This document shows, piece after piece, positions 25,901-44,600 of a stretch of DNA of 64,000 nt. Positions within the stretch are counted from its first letter, which is position 1. Every line of letters starts with the position of its first letter. The stretch is from the NCBI GenBank assembly GCA_977030845.1, contig OZ365118.1, forward strand, positions 21,514,001-21,578,000. The letters are read 5' to 3'. A program made the translations under genes and the position numbers. The notes below the pieces were generated by a model. That model was not told the DNA's origin. It saw only the letters and a list, made by a program, of their open reading frames with translations, and did not search any database. This DNA is from Fimbriosthenelais zetlandica. Lineage: Eukaryota.

Positions 25901-27690
25901 TCCCCACAAGATCATGTAACACACTAGACGAACCATCCCGCTTCAATGATCCCCCTTCGTCCTGATTAGGAACTGAAACCTCGACTTTCCCGGATCCTTT
26001 GTTAGATCTTTGGACATCACTCAGTGGATCCTCGGAGTGGGGTGTCTTATTGTGTACATTATCTTGGTTATTGTGGATCCCGTCGAGGGAGTTTGGAGTA
26101 CTGTCTAAAGTAGAATCCAGCGCCACTATATCTGTATCACAGACGCTGGGTGAGAAGAGCTTACGAGCAGCACCCTGAAATATGATATTGATAACCTAGT
26201 TCAGACTCCGACATTTATAACTTCATCAACACTAATCCTAAAGTTCATCTATGAATAATATAAAAGGAAGATCTTTCTTGAGATTAATTTTAGAGACTAA
26301 CGAACCTTTAAGGGAATATCTTCTTGTTCCGCCGGGGAGGATTCAATCACTGATTTCTTGTCTGTAAATCCATCTAGTAGAATACAAATAAAACAAAATG
26401 ATCCAAACATAGAACAACTTTGATGTTAAGGAAACCATTAAGAAGTTACATACTAGGGAAATCTATGAGAATTCTGGAACTTTAAAGGGAACTGCGGCGG
26501 CATTGACAAGAAGAGTCTAGTTTAAGATGAAGATGATGAGAGTGTTCATCACCTTGTCCGCGGGGAGTGGTAGCTAGAGAGCTCGTCCAGGACTGACCAG
26601 TATGACTAGGATCCACACCCAGAGCTTCACGTAGACGGTTAACACTGGTCAGTCTGACCAATGACCCGGGCGTCTTGTGGACCAGACCTCTCAAAAAGCT
26701 GACCAATATAAAACCAACATTAATTGACTGTCACACGTTCAATCAGACATTCACAAACCTTTAATTACTCTACAGAAAAAACTGTCTTTTCAAAACATTT
26801 AGAATACAATTTTTCGTTTATCGTTTATCGCTGTTAGATATATAAAAGTTACTACTCACCTATCATCCTTGGTTGGCCACGGAGAGAAGAAAGGCGTTGA
26901 ATACTTGGGAGTTTGTATGAATGACTTGTGGACATGTTTTCCCTGTGTGTTGGCCTCTGGGCTGTCACTGATGGTAGATTGGGGAATATCTGGAGTGGAT
27001 GTCACCAACCCTCCCTCCTCAATATCCACCCTGGATTTGGGGGTTGAACTTCGAGCGTTAATGTCCAGGTCTTTCCATCTACAGTTGTCTTTCTCCTCAT
27101 GAGAGACCTTCACATTGTATATATCAGAGAGATCAGAGGTGCCTTTAGTCAGTGTATGACAGGTTATAGGTGAATGGTGGAGGGTATGTCTATATCCTGG
27201 ATGAGGAGTAAAGCCAGTGGGGCCAGGTGTAGAGGGAGAAGGTACTCTATCTACTACAGTGCTGGTGGGTACAGGAGTGACAACTACACCTACTGTACCA
27301 GTGGTGGTATCTTCACTATTACCAGCTACATCAGTAACAGTGATCCCCTTCTCTTCTTCATCCCTCTCAGTCGGACCTCTACATCGTACAGTGAGATCTT
27401 CGAACCAATTTTCGTTGATTTCGCCCAATTCTGAAATATTAAGCTTTTTGAAATTATCTATTTGAAATACATGTATATACAGTGATCCTACAGACAGGAA
27501 GCCTACATGCAGTAGGCCCTAACTGTGACATATAATATAATGGATAAACATTGATATTGATATTGATAAGTTCTTGGCTTAGCCTACCTTCCAATAAGCT
27601 TCCACTAATAGTCCATTCATCTTGCCAGTCTGCTGACTTACTGGAGCCTTTTGTCGTCTTTATAGTGTGTACCATCATTCCTGAAGCCAT
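7927..27690 (-). CDS. BRCA2: BRCA2 ortholog, ~3360 aa
   Basis: Exons 27690-27588, 27430-26860 ([17 protein letters not shown]2-binding-like), 26698-26553 ([19 protein letters not shown]), 26361-26306, 26174-20966 (13 BRC repeats), 20795-20678, 20510-19685, 19579-19392, 19284-19156 ([17 protein letters not shown]), 18998-18927, 12773-12428, 12299-12141 ([14 protein letters not shown]), gap-11745, 11413-11260, 11074-10830, 10699-10621, 10493-10394 (TIWRP), 10216-10105, 9816-9707, 9613-9529, 9351-9163, 9057-8974, 8757-7927. The start codon (27690 or 27678) is uncertain, and one acceptor lies in the N gap. Confidence 0.96.
11575..11740. repeat. (TGAA)n / (AATGAAGT)n intronic microsatellite
   Basis: Direct inspection; abuts the BRCA2 donor at 11744. 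Confidence 0.9.
11916..12067. other. Assembly gap (152 N) hiding a BRCA2 splice acceptor
   Basis: N run; BRCA2 coding sequence (DTMLKVSGN) resumes immediately on the left side. Confidence 0.98.
12463..12678 (-). repeat. Coding 36-bp tandem repeat x6 in BRCA2 OB1 ([12 protein letters not shown])
   Basis: Unit CTGAGTTGTCTTTGGGTGTTTGTGGGACTCTGATAG starts at 12463, 12499, 12535, 12571, 12607 and 12643. Confidence 0.95.
14528..18750 (+). CDS. NLR-family protein: DZIP3/hRUL138-like HEPN - CARD - NACHT - LRR, ~1222 aa, nested antisense in a BRCA2 intron
   Basis: Exons 14528-15425, 15711-16010, 16139-16271, 16413-18750 (3669 nt, in frame). HEPN-like motifs [22 protein letters not shown] and [11 protein letters not shown]; six-helix CARD-like exon; Walker A GESGSGKS, Walker [13 protein letters not shown]; LRRs [41 protein letters not shown]. 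Candidate non-coding upstream exons end at GTAAG donors near 13158, 13472 and 14084. Confidence 0.88.
20079..20196 (-). repeat. Coding 21-bp tandem repeat x~5.5 in BRCA2 (GEGSGEG)
   Basis: CCCGCTCCCCTCTCCTCCCTC units within exon 20510-19685. Confidence 0.9.
20966..26174 (-). CDS. BRCA2: BRCA2 giant exon (5.2 kb) carrying the BRC repeat array
   Basis: ORF 20931-26126 with 13 F-x-(T/I/P)-A-x-G motifs followed by BRC-type helices; analogous to vertebrate exon 11. Confidence 0.95.
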
Positions 27691-28020
27691 TAAAAGTCAA
27701 TTAAGCAGTTACAACTGAGCATTAACAACCATAACATCAGCTGATACACTCAACCAGCACCGCCCCAGCCCAACCCATCAGTCATCACAGACACAGACAC
27801 ATGGACAAGTACGGAGCTGACTCAAAAGTTGGAAAAACTTGACATACGCACCGAGTACTGGTATATTTCTGTAAGTAGCGTCACCCTAACTGTCCAGGGG
27901 CTGGTATTCCATGATAGGATTCACCTGTCGACCATTTATACATTATTTACAGACGTTTACACGTATTTCCATATCGAGTTTAGCGCTCAAATTCGTCCAT
28001 TGGCGTCCATCTTGGATTTT

Positions 28021-28103
28021 ACCGGAAGTAGCGGCCATGAACCGGAAGAGAGGTTCAGGCGTGGACGGCCAGGTGGCAGCAGTGAGGGCGCTGTTCCCGC
28101 GCC
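28021..28103. promoter_or_regulatory. BRCA2 GC-rich promoter: two ETS motifs (ACCGGAAG) and an E2F-like TTCCCGCGCC
   Basis: ACCGGAAGT at 28021-28029, ACCGGAAG at ~28042-28049 and TTCCCGCGCC at 28094-28103, in a CpG-rich patch upstream of the BRCA2 5' end. Confidence 0.5.
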
Positions 28104-29013
28104 ACTGCAAGCACACCCTATCTCTCCTATCTACTACCATTGAACTCATATAGTTCTATGATACTACACATTACGTCTATTAGCAGACATTATCCTCTCA
28201 AATGTCTATAATAAAACATGCGTTTAATGTGTTAGTTTTCATTTTGACTGAGCCTACCATGCCCATTAGTTGGCCTATAAGTATTAATCCTTATCATGAA
28301 AATATCAGGTATTTATAATTTGTTTCGATTGCCCTATTGTCTTGAACTCACTATCGGTACAAGAAGTTTGTAAATTTGATATGATAGGGTATATACAATA
28401 GGTTTATAAAGTTATATAGAGATAGGCTAGTCAGAGATGAGATAAACCTAGATATAGATAAATGGGTTATCACACCTCGTCACCTCTCTAACATGTACAA
28501 GTGGGCTATACTTCATGTGAAGTGATATGAACATGTATTTATTATCACCACATTCCTCACCTAGGCCTAATGTAGGCTAACTTAGTAAGATGTACATGAT
28601 TATTTGCACACTGCACCGAGCCCTTGCCATTTTTCCACTACCTTGTATGCCTACTATAATCATACATATCGGCACAAAGTCATTCACAAAATATATGATA
28701 TTTGATGAACATTATGAATTTGAAAAGTGATAGTCACATGATTCCATTGAAGCGTATAGCTACACAGTAGGTTCCCGCATCTCTCTCTGTGTGTCCGTCC
28801 CACCATGGCCCCTCCCCACCCCTCACATTCACATGAAGCTCATTGACTATAGGAGCATGGGACAGTATATAGTGGGCTATATGAGAGAAGTCTGGTAATA
28901 GCGGTGTAGAAGGTAGGACGTGCACTCACTGTCTCAGCTCACGTTCATTACTCAAGGTTAAATCAAGGTTAACTAACGTCTCCTGCTCTAAGACGAGGAT
29001 TCACGACACAAGG

Positions 29014-36259
<7,246 letters not shown>

Positions 36260-39200
36260 ATGTGAGTTATCAATGAGATAACTTAATGGTAGACATTCAT
36301 GGTATACATTAGGTCATGTACAGGGGGCCTGGGACTGACAGGACCACCTAATTCACGCGTTTCTGATTAGCGTTTCATAACCATGTGTGATCATATTAAT
36401 GGGTAACTATTTATGAAATGTAAGCCACTATTGGTGCGAGAAGTTGGTCATGTTATAGGATCACAGATTACCAGGAGGTGGGTGTGAATGTTTGGGGAAG
36501 TTCATACTTATATTAGTGAAATGCGATGCTAATATTTATTATACATTTAATCAGATATGACGTTTTATAAAACTCTGTATTCAAAGTTAATTAGAGCACT
36601 CAAACTAATGGTTGTAATTATAAAAACATTAACATATAACTTACTGAAATATTCAGGGAACCAAGGTACACTGCAGGTAGATTTAGAGAAGAGATTAACA
36701 GGGCTGGAGTCTGCTACATCTTACATACATATCCCCATCACATGAAAGATGAAATGGAAAGAAGCCATTCAGTTATGTTATATGTGAAAATATGTGAGTA
36801 ATAGTCCACATTTGAATGTAACAATGAAACAAAATGTTACAAGATGTTCCTGGGGATATGGACAGGCTCAACCAAGAGCGTGGAATTCTGGCTTTGGACA
36901 AGTCAATTAGTTATACATCTACTCGTATAAAATCATACAGTTGGCAAGGGACTTGCACAGTTCAAAAGTTCGTGAAATTTAGAAGAAATTGTGAATGATG
37001 TAGTGGTGAAAGTAAATGTGTATTATTGTAACGTTCAACTCATATACCTCCACACATTATGAAACTCTGATCTTAATTCTCAAGTACAGTGAGACCTGCA
37101 TGAGGTGAAGGCGAGATTAACAATAACGACAATTAACGACAAATGAGGCTAACGACAGTACAGTCGTCCCTCATACCTGACCACAATACCACCGGCTTCC
37201 ATTCAACTGATTCCTCAATGTGCATCATAAACATGTCACCATGAGAGCCTAGAATACACTACCGGTATCTCGTCCTTCCACAGCCCATCATATTTTTCAT
37301 TCACGTAATTGTCCAAATAAATATAGAATAATTACACAATGAGTATTTCACACGATTCAAAAAACAAAAAAATAGGCAATTTAACATGTATATTTTATTG
37401 CCGATTAAGCCTCAGAAGCTTTTTTTCTTTTTTTAAAATTGTTATTTGTATTTACAATCTTCGGCTACTTACTATACAAGACGTTATAGTTCCCTAACAG
37501 TTGATACCAGTTTATGTTCCACTGAGAAAAGGGATGAGGGAACTTCACCAATAGAGAAAAAAAACGGTTTCTGAATGATAAATGTGATTTCTGTTTTGTC
37601 ACAGCAGGCGTTGTCTCAAATTTCAACATACATCAATCCAGAAAAATGAGCAAATAAAAATGCATAATAATTATACCTGTATAGAAAAGCCTTTTTTCTT
37701 TGGAAGACGAACACATTTTAGTTCAAAACAAGTCTAATTTGCTTCTTTCATTCACCCTCCAAGCTTTCTAAATACTGTATAACCAATAGCCCCCATATAT
37801 GTGTTTTTTTTCAAAAACTATTTTAGGTAAAACAAATATACAAAGTTCGCCCGATTGAATCAAAGGTCCAGGTTTATAGAATCATATTTTTGACTGCAAG
37901 CAGAATATATTACCCACAAAACAATATAAAGATTCAGAGAATATTCTCCTTGTAAATAAATAAGAGTACACAGGGCACAAGCCATTCCCATTCAGTCTGT
38001 CCTCACCAATCTTCACAAAGCTAAATCATACAAGATGACGTTAACAAACTAATCTTAAATAGAACCAAAATCTAATACTTCCAGGTAGCCGCAGCTGACG
38101 GCTTTTTGCTACAATCAGAATAGGTTTTCAGCCATAATACACGTTTTTAAAACAGGTTTGGAAGTCATTTCAATACAGTATAGCTTTCATTATCTGCTGA
38201 AGGCTCAAAATCACATCGAAATCTAAAAGGTTCATGTGACTTTCTTGGCCTGGAAGAAAGGTGTTTGTTTGACAGACGGGGAAGCTTGTCTGCCTCAATC
38301 TATGGTTGCTGGTTCTGCAGCACCCAGCACTCGCCTGGAGTTTAGCACTCCCCCTTCAATACGACACTCAAAACTGGGCGTCACCAAGGGGGCACTGAGT
38401 GACACAGTCAGAAAGCTAGCCTGGCTCAAAGATCCTAGTCACACAAATAGCTATTTAGTGATGACATTTTCATGAATACGTAGCTGTTCAACTTCACAGT
38501 AGATGTTCTTAAAATGAAACTTGCCCAAATATTACTACAATAATTAGAAGTTTGAACATAGAGGGCAGCTTTCTCACCATGACACTGGTAATAAATTATG
38601 TATGGAAGCTTCTTCAACACAAATATTTCTACATGGCTCAAGGAACCTTTGTGTAATATACAGGAGTACTGAACGCTGTATTGTCAATCTTGGAGATTTC
38701 TGGTCAAACAAAGGGGATTCTGTCCTCACTACTGTGTCCTCTCTCTTCAGACGGAATGGGTTTAACAGCTTTTTTACATCATGGTCATTTATATATAAAA
38801 ACATGAGACGTTAGAGAAACGTAGAGGACACTTATGTACATACATGCGGTATGTAGGGTATGTACATGATGTACATGTACAGATGTACAGTAAGAATCAC
38901 CAACAATAGAACACGTTTAATACTCAAAAACATGCATTATTAGGTGATAGAACACCACCTCATAAAACGTCCCTATCACAGAGGTCAAAGCAGCGCCTCA
39001 ATAAGACTCGACATGATATGTATACCGTGTAGGTAAACCAAATAAACCGACACAATGGTCGCTTGGTGAATAAATAAGATCAAATAATACAACCAAGAGA
39101 ATGTGCTTTACATTGAGATGATTAATCTTGAAGAAAGGAAATAGACCAAATCAGTCTCAGAAATGAAATGTGTTCTTCAAACGACTGTATGTGTTGAATA

Positions 39201-39917
39201 TATCGAGGCAAGATCTTCACAAGTCAATATCAAAATTTGTGCAGCATATACGGGATTGCTATTGCAGTATATCCATACAAAAGTCAATATATTTTCTTTA
39301 AAATATGAAATTTTGAAAGGTATTTTGTCTTTTTATAAAGGGAGTATACCATCAGCGTAGAGTCTTACTTTGGGCGAGGCTGCTTTGGGTAAGATTGCAC
39401 AATCTGACACATAAAAATAAATCCCTTTCGACCATAGACCAAGTACAAGTATGTCTATAAGAGCGGTGTGTTAGCACTAGCTTTAACTTCCAACAATATC
39501 CTCACAGTCACTATGAGGAGGTGGCTTACACGTATACAAATGTCATTTGAAAATTCACAAAACTTTAACAGAAAATCCACCTATTATTGGCACGGCCATG
39601 GTGGTATGACCTCTCCCCTACACTCCCACCAGTTTCCATAGTTAGACTCATTTATTTACAATCTTAACAACATGAAAAAAAATTATATTTTATGCATATC
39701 TTAAACGTTCACAAAAAGTATGACTTATAAAAATAACTTGTCAAAGGGTGACAATGGTCGGCGCCATCTCCTGACTTAACTCTCAACACTTTATGTCCTT
39801 CAAGAGTTACAAACCTCGCCTGGTACTAGATCCACATCCCTGGGTACAATATAAATAAGATGGTTAGAGGGGGGCGAGGGGGGGGCGTATATATCACCAA
39901 GATTCAAGGTAAGTCAG

Positions 39918-39998
39918 AGAGGGAGAGGGAGAGGGAGAGGGAGAGGGAGAGGGAGAGGGAGAGGGAGAGGGAGAGGGAGAGGGAGAGGGAGAGGGAGA
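39918..39998. repeat. (GAGAGG)n hexamer repeat
   Basis: Direct inspection, ~13 units. Confidence 0.9.
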
Positions 39999-41220
39999 GC
40001 AGCTGATAGTCAATGTAAAACATGGAGGAGGGACCAGGGCGGAAGGTAGATCAATACACATGGACTAACTCCATGTATCCTTGATGAATGCTCATCAAAC
40101 TATGAGGGAAAACTAGGTTTGGCGAAGAAGAAAGACCAACAAAATCATGTGGCCATTTCCAATATTTCTTTCCATTTAGGACAAGTGGAATTAATAGAAA
40201 TGACAGCCTATTTCCAGTATAGGCCCTGGACGCCAGGCCCAGGTAGAGGGATAGGCGGGTAGAGGGGGGGGGGGGGGGGGGGGGAGGAGGGGGGGGGGGA
40301 GAATAAAGCCAGCAAGCGTCTAATCTACATCAGTCAGCACCAGGCTCCATCAATAAACACCATGTAAATATAGAAAACATTACTCCACCTTATAAAACAC
40401 CATAGTGTACTGTACATCAGTAGAACCGTCATTATATCCAGCTTTATATACCAACAATATATGGCGAGCATTAATTTAATTACAAATATGAAATATATCC
40501 ATCAGCACTATCTAGTACGGCTGTTATTGTACATACATCTCACTACTCTTAAATTCATGGAATTACTATACACGGGTATAGTTTATTCATTTAGTGGCCA
40601 CGTTCACCATGTACTAGACTGCCCACAAATAAAGACTGGGGTCTGGGGAGACATGAGGGCCCTGTGTGTAACCGACGTGATATATCATAGGTCTGATAGC
40701 AGTCATTAATTAGAAAATATTCCATTTTAGACTTAAAGATGTCAATTTAAAATTCCAATTTTCCAGCATTGCACGATCAGTATCTACAGATGACAAATAG
40801 TCATTTTAAAGTTATTTAAAGGATTTTAAACCGGTTAATAACAGGGTCCTGATATAGTCCCCGTGCCACAGCCACAGCCACAGTACGGTGCTGCCACCAC
40901 GCGAGCCACAGCTGAACCTGCCGCCATCCGTGAGGCGCTCTGAGCTCATACCAACACTCCTGACACCTGGTGAGCACATTCTACACCACCTCCACTTGGG
41001 GAACATCTTTAGTTTATCCAACTTTCTTTGGTTACATTTTGAACCCAATGAGTCACAATTATAATGTAGTATTCCAAGATCAAGTCAGATGTAATCAAAG
41101 TATCCTCCCCAGTCACCATCAGACGAGCATCTGAGTCAGATTAGACGTTCACAAGTTACTGTCCAGGTGAAAGTTCACAGTGGCGTGGGCTGGTATCGCA
41201 CGTTTAGAGGACATGTTGGG

Positions 41221-41445
41221 ATGGCAGGACATGTGGTAATCCATGGCAGGACATGTTGTAATCCATGGCAGGACATGTTGTAATCCATGGCAGGACATGT
41301 TGTAATCCATGGCAGGACATGTTGTAATCCATGGCAGGACATGTTGTAATCCATGGCAGGACATGTTGTAATCCATGGCAGGACATGTTGTAATCCATGG
41401 CAGGACATGTTGTAATCCATGGCAGGACATGTTGTAATCCATGGC
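41221..41445. repeat. 22-bp minisatellite x~10 (CCATGGCAGGACATGTTGTAAT)
   Basis: Direct inspection; explains the spurious 22-aa-period ORFs in 41149-41472. Confidence 0.95.
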
Positions 41446-41607
41446 GTTAAGAGTGAGTGTTATAACAGTCAATGCTGTAGGAGTAGGAGAGAGAGCAGTA
41501 CACAGAGCAGCTCACCCTCCCTATATACTGATGGCGGATTAAGATAATCCCTCACTTTAATCCATATACTCCTGTGTTTTAATTGTTCACTAACTTTAGT
41601 TTAGAGT

Positions 41608-44600
41608 TCAGTAACAGCCCTCCTTCCAGCTCTCATCTGCTCGCGCGTTACTCGATCTTCTCGGGGACGGGATGCCAGACCTAAAGATGGACACAAACAT
41701 TAAAATAGATTAAAAATATTATTAAAAACACAATAAAAAACAAATATATTAAAATATCAGTGATTAAACCTGGTCTGTCACACTTCAAATTATTCAAATC
41801 TCAAAAATATTTAAAATCAGGAAAGCTTCAATTCTTCCAGCAATCGCAATAGTTGAAGAAGGCAAGAAAGTTGTAAAATTCAAAATATTTAGCTATTAGG
41901 TCTTCCTTAGTAGTCATGAGAATTTTACAATTTAATTCTTTCCTTACAAGGAAAGCCTAATAAGGAGAGATGAGCCCATGCAATAACGATGCAATGATAA
42001 ACTGAACAAGTTGAAATGAAGCGTTTTGTTAGTAAACTGCATTCATATCCAAGACTCAGATATTCCTTATTTTACAGGAGAAATATATTTTAGCTAAATT
42101 CTGTGTTAAAGAAAATTATTCAGTTCACTTATATTATGTTAGGCTACCTTGTAAATAATATATATTTACATGATTCTTCTTGAGAATTTAAGTTAAAACA
42201 AAAGATATAATGCTCCTATTTGTTTGCAAATTGCTCTGCTCTTTAGCTTGGCTTGTTAGATCCTTAAGAACGGATCCAAATCTACATGTTTTCAATGAAT
42301 CCCTAGGCCTGCTCCAGGCATTTTAAGAACCTATCTGGCACCTTCAGTAGAAGATATACAGTGCCTTCTAGATGCATCAATCCCTCATACAGATTCTTCA
42401 TGCACTGTAGCTTCCTATGCAGAAAGTTCTCATACAAAGCGGGAATAAAATCTTGCCAGATTCTATTTTCAGAACAAATTCAAAGCAAAATTATGAAGAA
42501 AAAAATGCTTAAATTATTGACTGCAACACAATAGCAACACATTTAAAGATTTGTTTAAAAATCAAAAATTAAGGGCAGACAAACAAATTTCAGTCTTGCC
42601 CTGAGGAAAGTATATTTTATATTTTTGTGAATTATGAATATTTTGGAACTTAATTCTAATAGCTCCTGCCTTAAACTGTTGAAGGACTATGTGCCTGCTA
42701 GTGGATTGCATTAATTTACGGTAAGTTTTTACAATCTAACCCTTTATCTCCGGTAGTTTATGAACCTGTTGGGAAAACAAAGCAGTTCTTAATAATAATT
42801 ATTTGAGGGGCTTCAGCATTCCACGCCACAGAATAAAACAAAGCCCAACAAGACGGTACAATCAACAGAGGACAGACTCAATGAAAGCAACACACAAACC
42901 CAAATCAACAGCTCCAGAATCAACTCATGAGAAGCTCAGCTGTTAATCAAACTCGTCCATTTATAGCATCTAACCAACATGTAACCACTCAGTAATCACA
43001 GCTCAAACAGAGACACCGTCACGCAAGTAAATTATTGTGGATTCATTATTTTGTTGGGATTAATTAAATTAAATTAAATTAATTTAAATAAAAATTAAGC
43101 ATAATATTTAATGTATTAAGCAGACCCACTTATGTTACTAACATATATATTGTTATATGAGGATTATATATTGGTATATGACTTACTTTCTGGGTGTGGG
43201 GAGTTTGGAGGCTGAGCCTGGACGTGGGATACCACTGGACCGTGGAGTGGGGATACCGCTTCTACCAGGAGACATGGTCCTACCCGGGGAGAGGGTGCGG
43301 CCTGGGGAGGCCTGGCGGGCCCCGCTGCCGGGGTTCCGGGGCCGTCGGCCACTGGTAGGCTTCTGTAGGCTCCGGGGAGGGGATTCTCGGGGTTGTAGGC
43401 GGCTATCACTCGTGTACGTCTGTAAGGAACCTTGGTTCATCGTCCTGGCAAGGTTCGGTAGGCTCCGTCGATGTGTTTCTGAAACTGAAATGACAAATTA
43501 ATTCAATGAGATAGAGCTGATTTTATTAGAGCCATTATTAATATATAGATCTAATTATGCATTTAATAATCCAAAATGTAATACATACTCTATACAAGCA
43601 TATTTATTATTTAAGATTAATATTTGAGTTAAAAAATAAATTGTCTACAATTTAATTGATTTTTAAAAATTTTAAATTGTTTTTATAAAATTAAATTCAA
43701 ACAATTATTTAATTTGTTTTTCTTTTGGTAATACTTTTGAAACTTTCTTAAATTGTAATTAATTAAACTTGGATTTCCTAAATATGTTACCCAGCCGAAG
43801 GAATTTATTTTAAGTAAGGGGCTCTTCATAATAGTTATATTATAATTATAGCAAAGAGTGTAGGCTCTTTGGTTATAGCCTTTCATTAGAATTTACTGAA
43901 AAAAACTCAGGTATGTCTCGAAGTAGGAGACAATGCCATATGTGTTTGTAAAGACCACGAGGGCCTCTTCCGTCCTTGTCGAGGGGAGTGCTAACCTTCT
44001 CTCCTTTCTTACAACACGACTGATTAGAGTCCCCTCTCTCAATATATAACCTCCACACTGATCCCACCACCACACGTGGTGTCCACAAACAATGTCACCT
44101 CTCTCAGTCAAATTTAAATTTAATACAGAAAAATAACTATTAAAAATGTTTACCAACATGAAAAGGCACAATATGGTTTGGGTTTTGTGGGAAATAAGAT
44201 GCCATGTCGTTGCATCTATGTAGGATCCAAGTCAATCTTATTCAGATTTAGGGTTCCATGTTCCACCGCTAGTCGGCAGCACTAAACCCCCAATTCATAT
44301 ACTACATGGCTATTGCATTACATTATATGCATACATGTACCGACAAATGAAATTCCTATCTTAGCCACAAACCTGCTATAAGATTTATTAATTTTTAAAC
44401 AATACCTTGTGACTTTTGGTCCAGATACTGACTGCCATACGGGCTGCTGGGTGGACTACTCGTATTGGAATTAGAATGGGACGAGGCTGTGGAAGCTAAA
44501 CTGTCCTTAGACATACATTTAGCCTTGTATTCCTCAGCTGCAAGGAAAGCAAGGCATTATAACCTAAAATCATGGAAAGAAAATCTATTATATTTGATAA

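Noticed and set aside
41149-41472. Three overlapping ORFs with a 22-aa period
   Set aside because: Produced by the 22-bp minisatellite.
42300-42460. Short sense-strand frame in the last SLAIN intron (IWQDFIPALYENFLHRKLQC...EQA*) as an alternative terminal exon
   Set aside because: Weak acceptor and no recognisable homology; cannot be supported without RNA data.
43893-44171. ORF with GDIVCGHHVWWWDQCGG...TNTYGIVSYFETYL in a SLAIN intron
   Set aside because: No usable in-frame acceptor, no recognisable domain and no start context. A BLASTX could revisit it as a pseudogene fragment.
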